This document shows positions 10,486 to 21,206 of a stretch of 64,000 nt of DNA, in pieces. Source of the stretch: Candidatus Poribacteria bacterium (GTDB lineage Bacteria > Poribacteria > WGA-4E > WGA-3G); contig CBDBFU010000012.1 of NCBI GenBank assembly GCA_965205025.1, forward strand, positions 96,001 to 160,000, in the 5' to 3' direction. Position 1 is the first letter of the stretch, and each line of letters opens with the position of its first letter. The notes under the pieces are model-generated. The model saw only the letters and a list, made by a program, of their open reading frames with translations. It had not been told where the DNA came from and did no database searches. The translations under genes were made by a program, and so were the position numbers.

Positions 10486-11042
10486 GCTGCGAATAGAAGC
10501 TCCACTGCTTTTTGTAATGCTTTCTCATCTAAACTCAATTTTGCCAGTTCGACTTCCTTCTTCACATAAGTAATAGTATTGTCTAAATTCATAGGGGTTG
10601 CAATATCTTGAAATATCTTATGAAGACGTTTCACATCCGTTTTCTTAATTCCTGTCTGTGCTTCTATCCGAGTATGCAATTCCGTTGGAGATTCAGGGGG
10701 TTTCTCAATTACTTTAGGTTCAGAATTTGAAGATTGTGAAGAATTCTGTTTCTTTGTAGTTCCGGACCGTTTTCTTGTAGTGGTCTTTTGAATCTTTCCT
10801 GCTTGTATTGATTTGATACTACATTCCTTGCACAAATTAGCTGAAACATCTGCTAAAGTTATCTTTACGATGAGTTCGCTAATTGAACCACAGAGATCAC
10901 ATTCCGTCAGACTTTCTATACTTGATAGAATTTCTGACTGAAGTAGGAGCATTTTCTCTTTATCTGTTTTTGTTGTCTTCTCTTTTTGACATAAAACTAT
11001 CAGTTTTTGTGCTGTTTTTTGAATGTTATCTAAATTTCCCAT
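10482..11042 (-). CDS. Hypothetical protein with CxxC...CxxC putative Zn ribbon
   Basis: CDLCG and CKEC pairs. GGAGGA RBS present. Confidence 0.7.
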   Translation of the reverse strand: MGNLDNIQKTAQKLIVLCQKEKTTKTDKEKMLLLQSEILSSIESLTECDLCGSISELIVKITLADVSANLCKECSIKSIQAGKIQKTTTRKRSGTTKKQNSSQSSNSEPKVIEKPPESPTELHTRIEAQTGIKKTDVKRLHKIFQDIATPMNLDNTITYVKKEVELAKLSLDEKALQKAVELLFAA

Positions 11043-11133
11043 ATTCTTCCTCCATAAATGTAATATTAATTATAACACTTATGGATATTATTGTCAAGTA
11101 GGTAGTAAATATCTAATTAATGAATATGCTATT

Positions 11134-12696
11134 TTACTCATTATCCTTATATAATTTATACTCAAAACTCTCAATCAATGCTTCAAAACTTGCGGAAATT
11201 ATGTTCTCAGAGACACCTACTGTTCTCCAGCTTCTTTCCCCATCTCCAGCTTCAATTAACACACGTACCTTCGATCCTGTTCCTGCTTTGGTATCTAATA
11301 CCCGAACTTTATAGTCAATCAATCTAACTTTCTGTAATTCAGGATAAAACTCCTCAAGAGCTTTCCTAAGAGCCGTATCAAGTGCATTTACAGGACCATC
11401 ACCATCTGCTGCAGTATGTGTAGTTGTGTGATCTGGTGTTGTAACTTTTACCGTTGCTTCTGAACGCATGGTATGGTCAGTAAACTTCTCAATAATTACA
11501 CGAAAACCGAGTTGTTCAAAAAAGGATTTATATCCGTTAAATATTTTATGGGTTAATAATTCAAATGATGCTTCAGCCGCCTCATATTGGTATCCTTCAT
11601 GTTCAGCCTCTTTTAAAGTATTGAAAAGTTCTAATACCTGTGGAGAATTCTTATCAAGATCAGGATATTCTTTCTCAATTTTTTTCATGATTGTACCGCG
11701 TCCTGACTGGTCTGAGACAAGAATACGTTGGCTATTCCCTACCTTCTCAGGTTCAATATGTTCATAAGTCAGTCGATTCTTCCGAATTGCATCTATATGC
11801 AATCCACCTTTATGTGCAAATGCTGACCGACCAACATAGGCTTGTCTTTCATCATGAGGTAGATTTGCTAACTCACTAATAAGTCGTGATACATCTGTAA
11901 TTCTTTGAAGTTGTTCATCACTAATACACTGTATTCCAAGTTTAAGCTGAACTGTTGGGATGATAGACGCCAAGTTAGCATTACCACAACGTTCACCATA
12001 CCCGTTGAATGTCCCCTGAACATGATTTGCCCCCGCTTGTACTGCTAAGACAGAATTTGCAGCTCCCATTCCCGCATCATTATGTGTATGTATACCAATC
12101 GGTAATGAGAAAGAATTTAGAGCAGCTTTGACTCCTTCCTGAATTTCTAATGGCAACCTACCTCCGTTTGTATCACACAGAACAAGACATTTAGCACCAC
12201 CGTCTGTTGCAGCACGTAAAGTTTCAATTGCATAGACGGCATCATCTGCATGTCCATCAAAGAAGTGTTCAGCATCATAGATAACTTCACGTCCATTATC
12301 AACCAGAAAACGGACCGAACTCTCAATTAACTCTAAGTTCTCTTCTGCGGATACTCGTAACACATCAGTTGCATGGATACGCCAAGATTTACCAAAAATA
12401 GTAACAGTTCTTGCTCCAGTGTCCAGCAGAGCAGATAAATTTGGATCGGCATCAGGAGAATAGGTTGGATATCGTGTACTACCGAATGGCACAACCGTTG
12501 CTGTTTCTAACTGCATATCCTTAGCACGTTTAAAGAATTCTATATCTTTTGGATTGGATCCTGGATAACCACCTTCAATGTAACGAATACCTAATTTATC
12601 CAACTCATCTATGATGATAAGTTTGTCTTCAACTGAAAACGCTACACCTTCTGCTTGGCTACCATCTCTGAGTGTTGTATCATAAAATTCTACCAT
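11134..12696 (-). CDS. cimA: Citramalate synthase (LeuA-like family)
   Basis: YDTTLRDGSQAEG, EGGYPGSNPKD, YDAEHFFDG, GERCGNANL, AFAHKGG.H, DYKVR are the bacterial CimA signature. Confidence 0.9.
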   Translation of the reverse strand: MVEFYDTTLRDGSQAEGVAFSVEDKLIIIDELDKLGIRYIEGGYPGSNPKDIEFFKRAKDMQLETATVVPFGSTRYPTYSPDADPNLSALLDTGARTVTIFGKSWRIHATDVLRVSAEENLELIESSVRFLVDNGREVIYDAEHFFDGHADDAVYAIETLRAATDGGAKCLVLCDTNGGRLPLEIQEGVKAALNSFSLPIGIHTHNDAGMGAANSVLAVQAGANHVQGTFNGYGERCGNANLASIIPTVQLKLGIQCISDEQLQRITDVSRLISELANLPHDERQAYVGRSAFAHKGGLHIDAIRKNRLTYEHIEPEKVGNSQRILVSDQSGRGTIMKKIEKEYPDLDKNSPQVLELFNTLKEAEHEGYQYEAAEASFELLTHKIFNGYKSFFEQLGFRVIIEKFTDHTMRSEATVKVTTPDHTTTHTAADGDGPVNALDTALRKALEEFYPELQKVRLIDYKVRVLDTKAGTGSKVRVLIEAGDGERSWRTVGVSENIISASFEALIESFEYKLYKDNE

Positions 12697-12932
12697 GCAT
12701 TTCTCACAGCAATTATTGGTTATGTCCTTGAAAATATAGATCTGAACATCTATAGGTTATACCAAAATTCGGTGTCTCCTTTTTTATATTTAATGCGAAT
12801 TTTAACATAGGAATTTTATCACATATTGGTGTTAAAGTCAATATTATTGTTAGTGAAGATCAGTTCATATATAGTAAGTATTACTCTATGTTTTACTTTC
12901 TTATTCAAGCGAATTATGATAATATTACATAT

Positions 12933-14199
12933 ATGAAATCACTTACTTTTCTACCGATATTATTAATATTTTTACTCACAAGTTGTAGTATTCTTAGTAA
13001 GAAACCTGTTGAACCACAGCCACCAATAATCACCATAGATCCGGTTGATAAACTACAGGAAGATATCAATACAATATTACAGGATGACCTATTCAAATCA
13101 GCAAGTATAGGTATTAATGTTATGTCAACTAAAACTGGTGAGAGTCTTTATTCAAAAAACTCTCTAAGATTACACCATCCTGCCTCTACAACAAAACTCT
13201 TTACTGCAGCTACAGCATTGGTAAAGCTTGGAACAGATTTTCAGTTTGAAACTACACTCTACATTGATAAAAATGCTGAATCTCGTACAACTAATAATAT
13301 CTATCTTAAAGGAAAAGGTGATCCATTACTTGGAATTGATGATATTGAAAAATTAGTAGTGGGATTTGTTAAATCAGGAGTCAAGTTTATAGAGGGAGAT
13401 ATTATCGTTGATGAATCATATTTTGACACTGTTCGTGAAGGACCTGGATGGATGTGGGATGATAAACCCTTCCAATTAAGTGCTTTAAGTATAAGAAGTA
13501 TTGAACCTGAGAATAACATGGGTAGTAGAGCAATTGCTTGTGGACACATTTTGAAAACAAAAATTAATAGAAAATAGGATCTCTATAGGTGGAAAGGTGA
13601 TCTCAGGAAAAGTCCCCTCAAATGCTATAAAAGTAATTCAACATTTATCACCACCCCTTGGAGATATAATTAGATTAATGAATAAACCGAGTGATAATTG
13701 GATAGCAGAATTTCTATTCAAGGCAATCGGGGCAGAAGTTAAAGGGGTTCCGGGGACCTGGAGAAAAGGTAGGGAAACAATTACTGAGTTTTTAGATGAG
13801 ATATTAACTGAACCACCATCACATAGATTCGTTGATGGATCCGGTCTTTCACGTTACAATCTTGTTAATTCGGAGTTGCTCTCACAGCTGCTGATTTACA
13901 TGCATAATCAATTTGAAATAATGCCTGAATTTTTATCCTCACTCCCTATCGCAGGTGTTGATGGGACATTAAGAAATCGGATGCAAGGGATGTATGCAGA
14001 AAAGACATTACGTGCCAAAACGGGAACTCTTAGTGGCGTATCTGCTCTGGCAGGATATACTGTGACAGTTGAAGGTGAAGTACTGGCTTTTGGTATCCTA
14101 ATTAGTCATTATATTGGTTCGTCAGCAAGGGCACGTGGAATTCAGGATCAGATTGGGAGTCTACTGACTGAATTTAAGAGACTTCCAAAGACAAAATAG
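12933..14199 (+). pseudogene. dacB: D-Ala-D-Ala carboxypeptidase/endopeptidase PBP4 (S13), split by a +1 frameshift that may be a sequencing error
   Basis: Lipobox LLTSC and PASTTK (SxxK) are in ORF 12888-13577. SDN, DGSGLSRYN and AKTGTL are in ORF 13597-14199. Removing one A in the run near 13559-13563 joins them (KTKLIENRISIGGKVISG). Confidence 0.85.
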
Positions 14200-14328
14200 A
14201 GTAGTGAATATTTGGTAGGCATTACATCAAATATCTTAGCGAAACCCATCCTACAAAAGCATTCACGGGTGTAAACATAATAGATAAGAAACGGAATCTA
14301 AATAACCTTTATTATTCACAGTTTTTTC

Positions 14329-14357
14329 TTGACATTTAAGCTTTTTCCCGATATAAT
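14329..14357 (+). promoter_or_regulatory. Consensus sigma70 promoter of the TA operon
   Basis: TTGACA-N17-TATAAT exact match. Confidence 0.75.
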
Positions 14358-14501
14358 ATTGATGTAATTTTGGAACCGCAGTGAAAACGTAGTTTTCGGT
14401 TAATATTTTTCTTGACACTAATATTTTTACATGGTGTAGTAAACGTCATTCTATATGGATCGTTAAACAATCATGATAGAGGAAATTTGAAGGGGTAAAT
14501 T

Positions 14502-15191
14502 GTGTCAACCGATAAACAACGTACACCACATATCACACCAACGTCGGATCAAGTTGAATTAGACACTGCGTTTGAGGACGCTGGTGGATTGACTCCAGTT
14601 GAATACCAAAAGCCTGCTCCCACACATATTCCAAAAACGGTAAGTGCATCTCAATCGTGTGCTGCAGCGGTGAGTGCATTGGTTGATGTTGTTGGGCGGA
14701 ACGAAAGTCAACTTTTATATTCATTGACCCGTAACGATTTTCAACAACTTGCTGAAGCTTTAGAGACCTTAAAAACTATTGTTGGTGGAAATGAAAGTCA
14801 TTTACTAACTCCATTGATGAATTCCATTGATGCCTTCATTGAAAAATGTGAAAACGACATTGAAGAGGGTAATAGGGAGGAATTTGGTATGAAAACCCGA
14901 AATTATCCTATGGGTCATGACATGTCCAAACCACATCGTCCTGAAAAGGTTGGTCGTCCCACGACGCGCCCCCGCGTAAAACTCGCGGACCTCTTAGCAC
15001 AAGAAGCTAATATGACTGGATCCAATGATGCGGTGAATAGGAAACCTTTTAAACTGCATCGTCCTGAAAAGGTTGGTCGTCCCACGACGCGCCCCCGCGT
15101 AAAACTCGCGGACCTCTTAGCACAGGAAACTGATGATACCACATCCGGGGAGGTAGACACCGGACCACCGGTAGGTAATGAAATATGGTAG
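14502..15191 (+). CDS. Atypical antitoxin: MazE-like C-terminal segments (duplicated) on an unusual helical N-terminus
   Basis: C-terminal KLADLLAQ...GEVDTGPPVGNEIW resembles the MazE/ChpS toxin-binding tail. It overlaps the mazF start. Confidence 0.7.
   Translation: MSTDKQRTPHITPTSDQVELDTAFEDAGGLTPVEYQKPAPTHIPKTVSASQSCAAAVSALVDVVGRNESQLLYSLTRNDFQQLAEALETLKTIVGGNESHLLTPLMNSIDAFIEKCENDIEEGNREEFGMKTRNYPMGHDMSKPHRPEKVGRPTTRPRVKLADLLAQEANMTGSNDAVNRKPFKLHRPEKVGRPTTRPRVKLADLLAQETDDTTSGEVDTGPPVGNEIW
14934..15124 (+). repeat. Perfect 68-bp direct repeat (14934-15001 and 15057-15124)
   Basis: Identical CATCGTCCTGAAAAGG...CTCTTAGCACA copies with a 123-bp period, in frame. Confidence 0.95.
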
Positions 15192-15547
15192 CATCGACTC
15201 CGTACGACCCGGAATACGTACCGGTACGAGGTGACGTTGTATGGATGGATTTTGATCCTCAAGCCGGGAATGAAACCATGAAGCGACGTCCTGCTCTTGT
15301 TCTATCCTCTTCAAATTTTAACTACTATCGAAAGGTTGCTGTTGTTTGCCCAATTACCAGAACTGCCAGAACAAGTCGTTTTGATGTTATTATCCCAGAA
15401 GGTCTTGCAGTGCATGGTGTAATTCAGGCAGATCAATTTAAGTGCTTTGATTGGTATGCAAGAAATGCTATTTTTGAGGAAGGGATGCCAGATGAAACAG
15501 TGGAACAAGTTTCCGATATAGTTGAAGCAATTATATGGGCAGATTGA
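15185..15547 (+). CDS. mazF: MazF/PemK family endoribonuclease toxin
   Basis: YVP.RGDVVWMDFDPQAG.E..KRRPALVLS...FN, VCPIT, GVIQADQ.K..DW.AR. Confidence 0.93.
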   Translation: MVASTPYDPEYVPVRGDVVWMDFDPQAGNETMKRRPALVLSSSNFNYYRKVAVVCPITRTARTSRFDVIIPEGLAVHGVIQADQFKCFDWYARNAIFEEGMPDETVEQVSDIVEAIIWAD

Positions 15548-15696
15548 GTTCTACCATCTTCAAAAGTAGATATAGTAGAAGTGGTATCCATAAATACATA
15601 GATACATCCCCACCCCAATACTCCTAAAAAAAATGGCAAATACACGAAAATATGTGATATTCTCTATTCTTTTCAGACATATTATCAAGAAAAACT

Positions 15697-17439
15697 GTGA
15701 ACGCAGAAACTCTCATTAAAATTATAGAAGACCTCAATAATCCTGAGACAACTGAAACAGTTGAGAATACAATTGAGCAGTGGCGTGCCGTGGCTACTAT
15801 TACCGAAGAAATAGACACTGAACTCGCTTCTCACGCTTGGTTTTCCGTTGGATCCCTCCTTTCAGAAAGTGATAGAAAAGAAGAAGCACTTCCCGCCTAC
15901 GATAAAGCCTTACATATAAACCCAAATAATGCCAATGCTTACAACGATAGAGGGTCTACAAAGTCTCTACTCGGCCAGCTTGAAGAAGCAATATCTGACT
16001 ATGATGCTGCAATACACCTTGACCCAAAGTATACAGATGCTTATTACAATCGCGGTATTGCAAGAAATGAACTGAAGCAATACGAGGCTGCAATTACCGA
16101 CTATGACGAAGCGATCCGCCTGAATCCCGATTATGCAGATGCATACTACAATCGTGGATGGGCAAGAAACGAATTAGAGCAGTATGAAGCAGCTATTGCT
16201 GACTATGACGAGGCAATACACCTAAAACCCGATTATACGGACACATACTATAACCGTGGTATCGCCAAAGGTGAGCTAAAGCAGTACGAGGCTGCCATTG
16301 CCGACTATGATGAGGCGATACGCCTAAAGCCTGATTATACAGATGCATACTACAATCGCGGCGGCGCGAAGAACGAAATTTATCACCATGAAGCAGCCAT
16401 CCTTGACTATGACGAAGCCCTCCGTCTGAAGCCTGACTTTGCCGATGCATATACCAACCGAGGCGTTGCAAAATACAATTTGGGACGATACGAGGCTGCG
16501 ATTGCTGACTTTGATGAGACAATTCGTCTTAAACCAGATGATGCCGAAGTCTATTCCAACCGAGGCTATGCAAAGAGCCAAATTCACCAATTTGAGAACG
16601 CAATTGCAGATTGTAATGAAGCCATTCGGTTAGATCCAACTTTAGCAGTAGCCTATAATAGACGCGGGATTGTGAAAAGCCGGTTAGGACAGCATGAGGC
16701 TGCCATTGCTGATTATGATGAAGCACTTCGACTAAGTTTGGATGGTGTTACTTATTATGCCCGAGGATATACAAAAGTTCAGATTGGGCAATACAAGTCT
16801 GCGATTGCTGATTATGATCAGGCAATACGGCTCAGAACACCTAATGATGCACTTGTTTATAACAACCGGGGGCTTGCGAAAGGACGGTTAGGCCAATATG
16901 AGTCAGCGATTGCAGATTATGATGAGGCAATACGGTTAGATCCCAGTGCCGGACGATATTATAACCGAGGTTTTGCCAAAGAGGAACTTGGACAGCACGA
17001 AGACGCTCGTAAAGATTATGAGCAAGCTGTCACTCACTATGATGAACAGATTAGCCTTAAGCCAGATAATGCTACCGCTTACAATAATCGGGGGCTTGCA
17101 AAGATACGATTAGGCGAATTTAAGTCTGCAATTCCGGACTTTAATGAAGCAATACGGTTGAAAACTGATTTTGACTCAGCTTATAACAATCGTGGCAGAG
17201 CAAAAAATGGGTTAGGGCAATATGAGTCTGCACTGATTGACTGTAATGAGGCAATAAACCTCAAATCTGATAATGCTTTTGCCTACAAAGACCGAGGAGT
17301 TGCGTATACCGGATTGGGGCAAGTTCAGGAAGCAAAAGCAGACTATCAAACCGCGCTGAAGTTGTTAGAACAGGTCCGTAATGAAAGTCTCAAAGTCGAA
17401 GTAGAGGAATTGCTCCAAGAACTTGAAAACACCAAGTAG
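15697..17439 (+). CDS. Tetratricopeptide repeat protein (~15 TPRs)
   Basis: Recurrent AYYNRG.A...L.QYEAAIADYDEAIRL.P 34-aa units. Confidence 0.95.
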   Translation: MNAETLIKIIEDLNNPETTETVENTIEQWRAVATITEEIDTELASHAWFSVGSLLSESDRKEEALPAYDKALHINPNNANAYNDRGSTKSLLGQLEEAISDYDAAIHLDPKYTDAYYNRGIARNELKQYEAAITDYDEAIRLNPDYADAYYNRGWARNELEQYEAAIADYDEAIHLKPDYTDTYYNRGIAKGELKQYEAAIADYDEAIRLKPDYTDAYYNRGGAKNEIYHHEAAILDYDEALRLKPDFADAYTNRGVAKYNLGRYEAAIADFDETIRLKPDDAEVYSNRGYAKSQIHQFENAIADCNEAIRLDPTLAVAYNRRGIVKSRLGQHEAAIADYDEALRLSLDGVTYYARGYTKVQIGQYKSAIADYDQAIRLRTPNDALVYNNRGLAKGRLGQYESAIADYDEAIRLDPSAGRYYNRGFAKEELGQHEDARKDYEQAVTHYDEQISLKPDNATAYNNRGLAKIRLGEFKSAIPDFNEAIRLKTDFDSAYNNRGRAKNGLGQYESALIDCNEAINLKSDNAFAYKDRGVAYTGLGQVQEAKADYQTALKLLEQVRNESLKVEVEELLQELENTK

Positions 17440-17449
17440 AATCGATTAA

Positions 17450-18220
17450 CTACGAAAATTCCGGTGGCGGTTCACCAACAGCAGACCTTCCATCCTTCAA
17501 CACAGGTTCAGCATTACCCCATAGACGACTTCCATCACTTGAAAGTAGCGGTTCAGCAGAATATTGTGCTAAATAAGCTCTCCGCATGTTCTTAGTTGAA
17601 TTCGTACCACTACAGTGGAAGTTGACACTTGTAAAAGCTACTATACTCCCAGCAGGAACAATTGCAGGTACACCTTTTTCCGGTCCAAAATATCCAACAA
17701 GATCATTACTTTCTTCTTCTCTGATATGTTTCACCCAAGAACGGATACCTATATGTGAATATGGCATAACATAAACCGTTCCATTCTCTTCAGACATATC
17801 ATCTAAAGCACACCAACATGTCAAATATGGTCTATGATCCGGATAGCCTACATATCCTGAATCTTGATGCCAACTAAACTTCATACCTTCTTCAGCACCT
17901 TTGACGACATACTGTTCCCAAAAAAGATATGCAGTATCACCTAATGCAGCACGACAGACTTCTGCCATTAAATCACTGAATAGAAAATCTCGGAGTTTTG
18001 GTTGTTGTCTAAAACAATTGGAAACAAAATAACGTTTGTTTTTATGATTTAATCCTATTACATCCTTCTTTTCTTGCTCCATACGAGCATCCATCTGATT
18101 AATAAATGTACCACATTCTGCACGTAACAGTTCTAAGAGTGGATCTGGAATCACACTTTCTAATATAAAATAACCTTCCTCTTGATACTGTTGTTTCTGT
18201 TGATCAGTTATATTGACCAA
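17450..18220 (-). CDS. Phytanoyl-CoA dioxygenase (PhyH) family protein
   Basis: YQEEGY, WHQDSGY (HxD), CWCALDD...ENG, HCSG.N...RRA. Confidence 0.9.
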   Translation of the reverse strand: MVNITDQQKQQYQEEGYFILESVIPDPLLELLRAECGTFINQMDARMEQEKKDVIGLNHKNKRYFVSNCFRQQPKLRDFLFSDLMAEVCRAALGDTAYLFWEQYVVKGAEEGMKFSWHQDSGYVGYPDHRPYLTCWCALDDMSEENGTVYVMPYSHIGIRSWVKHIREEESNDLVGYFGPEKGVPAIVPAGSIVAFTSVNFHCSGTNSTKNMRRAYLAQYSAEPLLSSDGSRLWGNAEPVLKDGRSAVGEPPPEFS

Positions 18221-18230
18221 ATCAATACTC

Positions 18231-19364
18231 CTATTCTATCATAATCTTGCGAGTAATTTGTCCATTACTTTCCCAGTAGGTGTGTTTATCAGTAATATGT
18301 GCTGAATCACCTTCAGGTTGGATATTTCCCATGGTATCAATTGATCTGGATACGATGGTATGTGTACCTGGAGAAGGGTTATGCCAATTGTAATGCCAAA
18401 CCTTCCAAGCAAATTCCGCATCCTCAACGGTATCAATTTCAGCAGTTTGCCAAGGTCCACCATCAATACTAACTTCAACAGTTTCTATAGGAGCACCCCA
18501 TGCAGCTCCATAGATTCTGTATTCATCTCCAAGTCGTGTAACCTTTGCGGGAATAGACTTCAATTGTGTTTTACCTACTGATGTTTCCATCCAAACCGTT
18601 TCACCATCAGGACGGGTTTCCTCCCGTATAGTTACATAGTCACGTGCCATAAATCTACCCATAAAACGTCTATCTCGTATATCAATCCTTTTTAACCACT
18701 TCACACATGCAATGCCATACCAACCAGGGGCAATTAACCGTAAAGGTGCTCCATTCTTATGTGGCAGGGGTTCTCCATTCATCTCATAACAGAGAATATG
18801 TGATTCTTGTAATGCTTCTTCAACTGACATACTCCGTGCAAAATTCTGTTTCATTTTTACATCACGAATCTCTTCTTCACCCTCATCATGTCCAAAAAAG
18901 ATCACTTCAATACCATCATCTTTTATACCTGCTTTTTTGAGGATTGGTTTGAGTGGGGTTCCTCCCCATTTTGCATTCCCAATCGCTCCAGTAAATGTTG
19001 GAAACCCATGGTTACCTGAACATTCTAATGTGTAGGTTACTTCCGTTTTTGGTAAGGTTTTAATCTCTTCAATAGACAATGTAATAGGATTTTCTACCAA
19101 ACCACTAATTTCTAATACCCAGTTAGCACGTTCAGTCTCATCAATTTTCGGTACTCCATAGTGAGAGACATTAAAGAAGTCCTTGTTTGGAGTAATGAAT
19201 GAATCAAATTTGTGCCAATCAAGACCACGGTTTGATTTTGGTTCATCTATGAATGGTATAAGTACTTCCCCTTCTCGGTTAGGGAATGCATAAACTGCCC
19301 AAGGACTTAATAGAAAACCTGTAAGGGTTAATCCTGTTTTTTGTAAAAAATGTCTACGATCCAT
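18231..19364 (-). CDS. Tat-exported sulfite oxidase-family molybdoenzyme
   Basis: MDRRHFL Tat motif, LECSGN (Mo-ligating Cys), YEMNGEPLP..NGAPLRL..PGWYG..CVKWL. Confidence 0.9.
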   Translation of the reverse strand: MDRRHFLQKTGLTLTGFLLSPWAVYAFPNREGEVLIPFIDEPKSNRGLDWHKFDSFITPNKDFFNVSHYGVPKIDETERANWVLEISGLVENPITLSIEEIKTLPKTEVTYTLECSGNHGFPTFTGAIGNAKWGGTPLKPILKKAGIKDDGIEVIFFGHDEGEEEIRDVKMKQNFARSMSVEEALQESHILCYEMNGEPLPHKNGAPLRLIAPGWYGIACVKWLKRIDIRDRRFMGRFMARDYVTIREETRPDGETVWMETSVGKTQLKSIPAKVTRLGDEYRIYGAAWGAPIETVEVSIDGGPWQTAEIDTVEDAEFAWKVWHYNWHNPSPGTHTIVSRSIDTMGNIQPEGDSAHITDKHTYWESNGQITRKIMIE

Positions 19365-19373
19365 AAGAATACT

Positions 19374-20115
19374 CTATCCTTTCATCGCTGCGACATAATT
19401 GAGGTTAACCTGTTTCCAATTAACAACGTTGCTCCAGGCATCAATATAATCTGCCCGTTTATTCTGATACTTCAGATAATATGCATGTTCCCATACATCA
19501 AGTCCGAGGATAGGAGTGTGACCATCCATCAAAGGACTGTCTTGATTCTTTGTAGAATATATCTGAAGTTTCATCTTATCATCAACAACGAGCCATGCCC
19601 AACCAGATCCGAAATGTGTTTTTGCTGTTGAAGTGAATTTCTCTCTTGCTGCATCAATTGAACTAAAAGTGGATTGCAGTGCATTCCGCAACTTTCCCAG
19701 ACAACTCCCTACCCCCTGCAATCATTGTACTCCAGAAGAGTGTATGGTTGGCATGTCCACCACCACTATTGATAACAGCTTGTCGAATATTCATTGGGAC
19801 TTTATCAATATTTCGAAGTAAATCTTCAATTGATTGGTCAGATAAATCATGATTATCACCTACTGCCGCATTGAGTTTATTGACATATCCCTGATGATGT
19901 TTGCCATGATGGATTTCCATAGTACGTTTGTCAATATACGGCTCAAGTGCATCATATTGATAACTAAGCTTGGGTAATTCATAACCATGAGTGTGGTCAT
20001 GTTCTTGTTGTTCTGATTTTTCATGACTATCTGCATAAAGATGTAATGATTTGGTAGTCAGAAATATACCAGCTAAAACTGTGCTTCCATTTATAATAAA
20101 ATTTCTTCGGTTCAT
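19374..20115 (-). pseudogene. sod: Fe/Mn superoxide dismutase with Tat signal, split by a +1 frameshift that may be a sequencing error
   Basis: ALEPYID..TM.IHHGKHH, GGGHANH, FGSGWAWL, DVWEHAYY. Deleting one base near 19693-19698 restores LSGKLRNAL. Confidence 0.9.
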
Positions 20116-20272
20116 AGGTTAGCCTCGTAGGTATGATTTGATATAAATCTTAACAAAAGAAATGAATATATGTCAAGAAGGATTTGATAAAACCATTGAT
20201 TTATGTAAGAATATATGACATCAGGAAAAAACCGCTTCACATAAGAATAATGAATTTTGGAGAAAATACATA

Positions 20273-21025
20273 ATGTCAAATGAACTATTAAAACTTGTAC
20301 CAGTAGAGTTACGTAGTAAATGGACTAATGAGGCAAATGACTTTACACCTTGGTTGGCAAAAGATGAAAATCTTGAATTACTTGGAGAAACATTAGGTTT
20401 TGAGCTTGAATTAGGAGGACAAGAAGTAAATGTAGGTTCCTTTCGTGCAGATATACTATGTAAGAATACAGCAGACAATACTTGGGTCGTAATAGAAAAC
20501 CAATTAGAAAAAACTGTTCATTGGCATCTCGGGCAAATTTTAACATATTTCGCTGGCTTGGATGCGCACACTATCATTTGGATTGCAAGTGAGTTTCAAG
20601 ATGAACATAGAGCAGCAATTGATAAATTGAATGAAATCACACAAGAAGAATATCAATTTTTTGGGATAGAAATTAAATTGTGGAAAATTGATGATTCTCA
20701 AGCAGCTCCACAGTTTGAAATTGTTTCGAATCCAAATAATTGGAACAAAAATATACGGAGTACGATTAATAAGAATTTTTCTGATACGCAACACCAACAT
20801 TTAGAATTTTGGACCCAATTCACAGATTATATGGAACAAAGAGGGAATGATATCATACTCCCTGAACCGAAAATCTATCATAATTTCGACATAAGGATTG
20901 GAACACAAGGTACAGTTATCAGATTTACTGAAATCTCACAGATACCCACAACAAACACACCCTTACAAGTAGAAAACCAACCTCTTGAAGTAGAAGCCGT
21001 GCTACGCACCCTTGGCATCCATTGA
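20273..21025 (+). CDS. DUF4268-associated/NucS-like PD-(D/E)XK protein, 3' end apparently truncated or chimeric
   Basis: WTNEA.DFTPWL, VGSF.ADI, IENQL..T.H.HLGQ.LTY.AG, H..FW..F. Confidence 0.65.
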   Translation: MSNELLKLVPVELRSKWTNEANDFTPWLAKDENLELLGETLGFELELGGQEVNVGSFRADILCKNTADNTWVVIENQLEKTVHWHLGQILTYFAGLDAHTIIWIASEFQDEHRAAIDKLNEITQEEYQFFGIEIKLWKIDDSQAAPQFEIVSNPNNWNKNIRSTINKNFSDTQHQHLEFWTQFTDYMEQRGNDIILPEPKIYHNFDIRIGTQGTVIRFTEISQIPTTNTPLQVENQPLEVEAVLRTLGIH

Positions 21026-21206
21026 TACAAACCGAAATACATCACACGCGGGCTGATGGTGGTTTATTTACAGAAACAAATACAACAACAAGGTTTTTCT
21101 ACGAGTTACGATCCTACACAAAACTCGCAGAAAAATACGAAAATACTTGAAAACTCAACCTGAAATGGACATAAATTGTCCAAACTTTAGTAAAGGTTTA
21201 TAACAA

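Noticed and set aside
14934-15124. CRISPR or attachment-site interpretation of the 68-bp repeat
   Set aside because: It is an in-frame coding duplication inside the antitoxin.
6103-15547. mazG functionally linked to mazEF as in E. coli
   Set aside because: The genes are 7.6 kb apart, on opposite strands, with unrelated genes between them.
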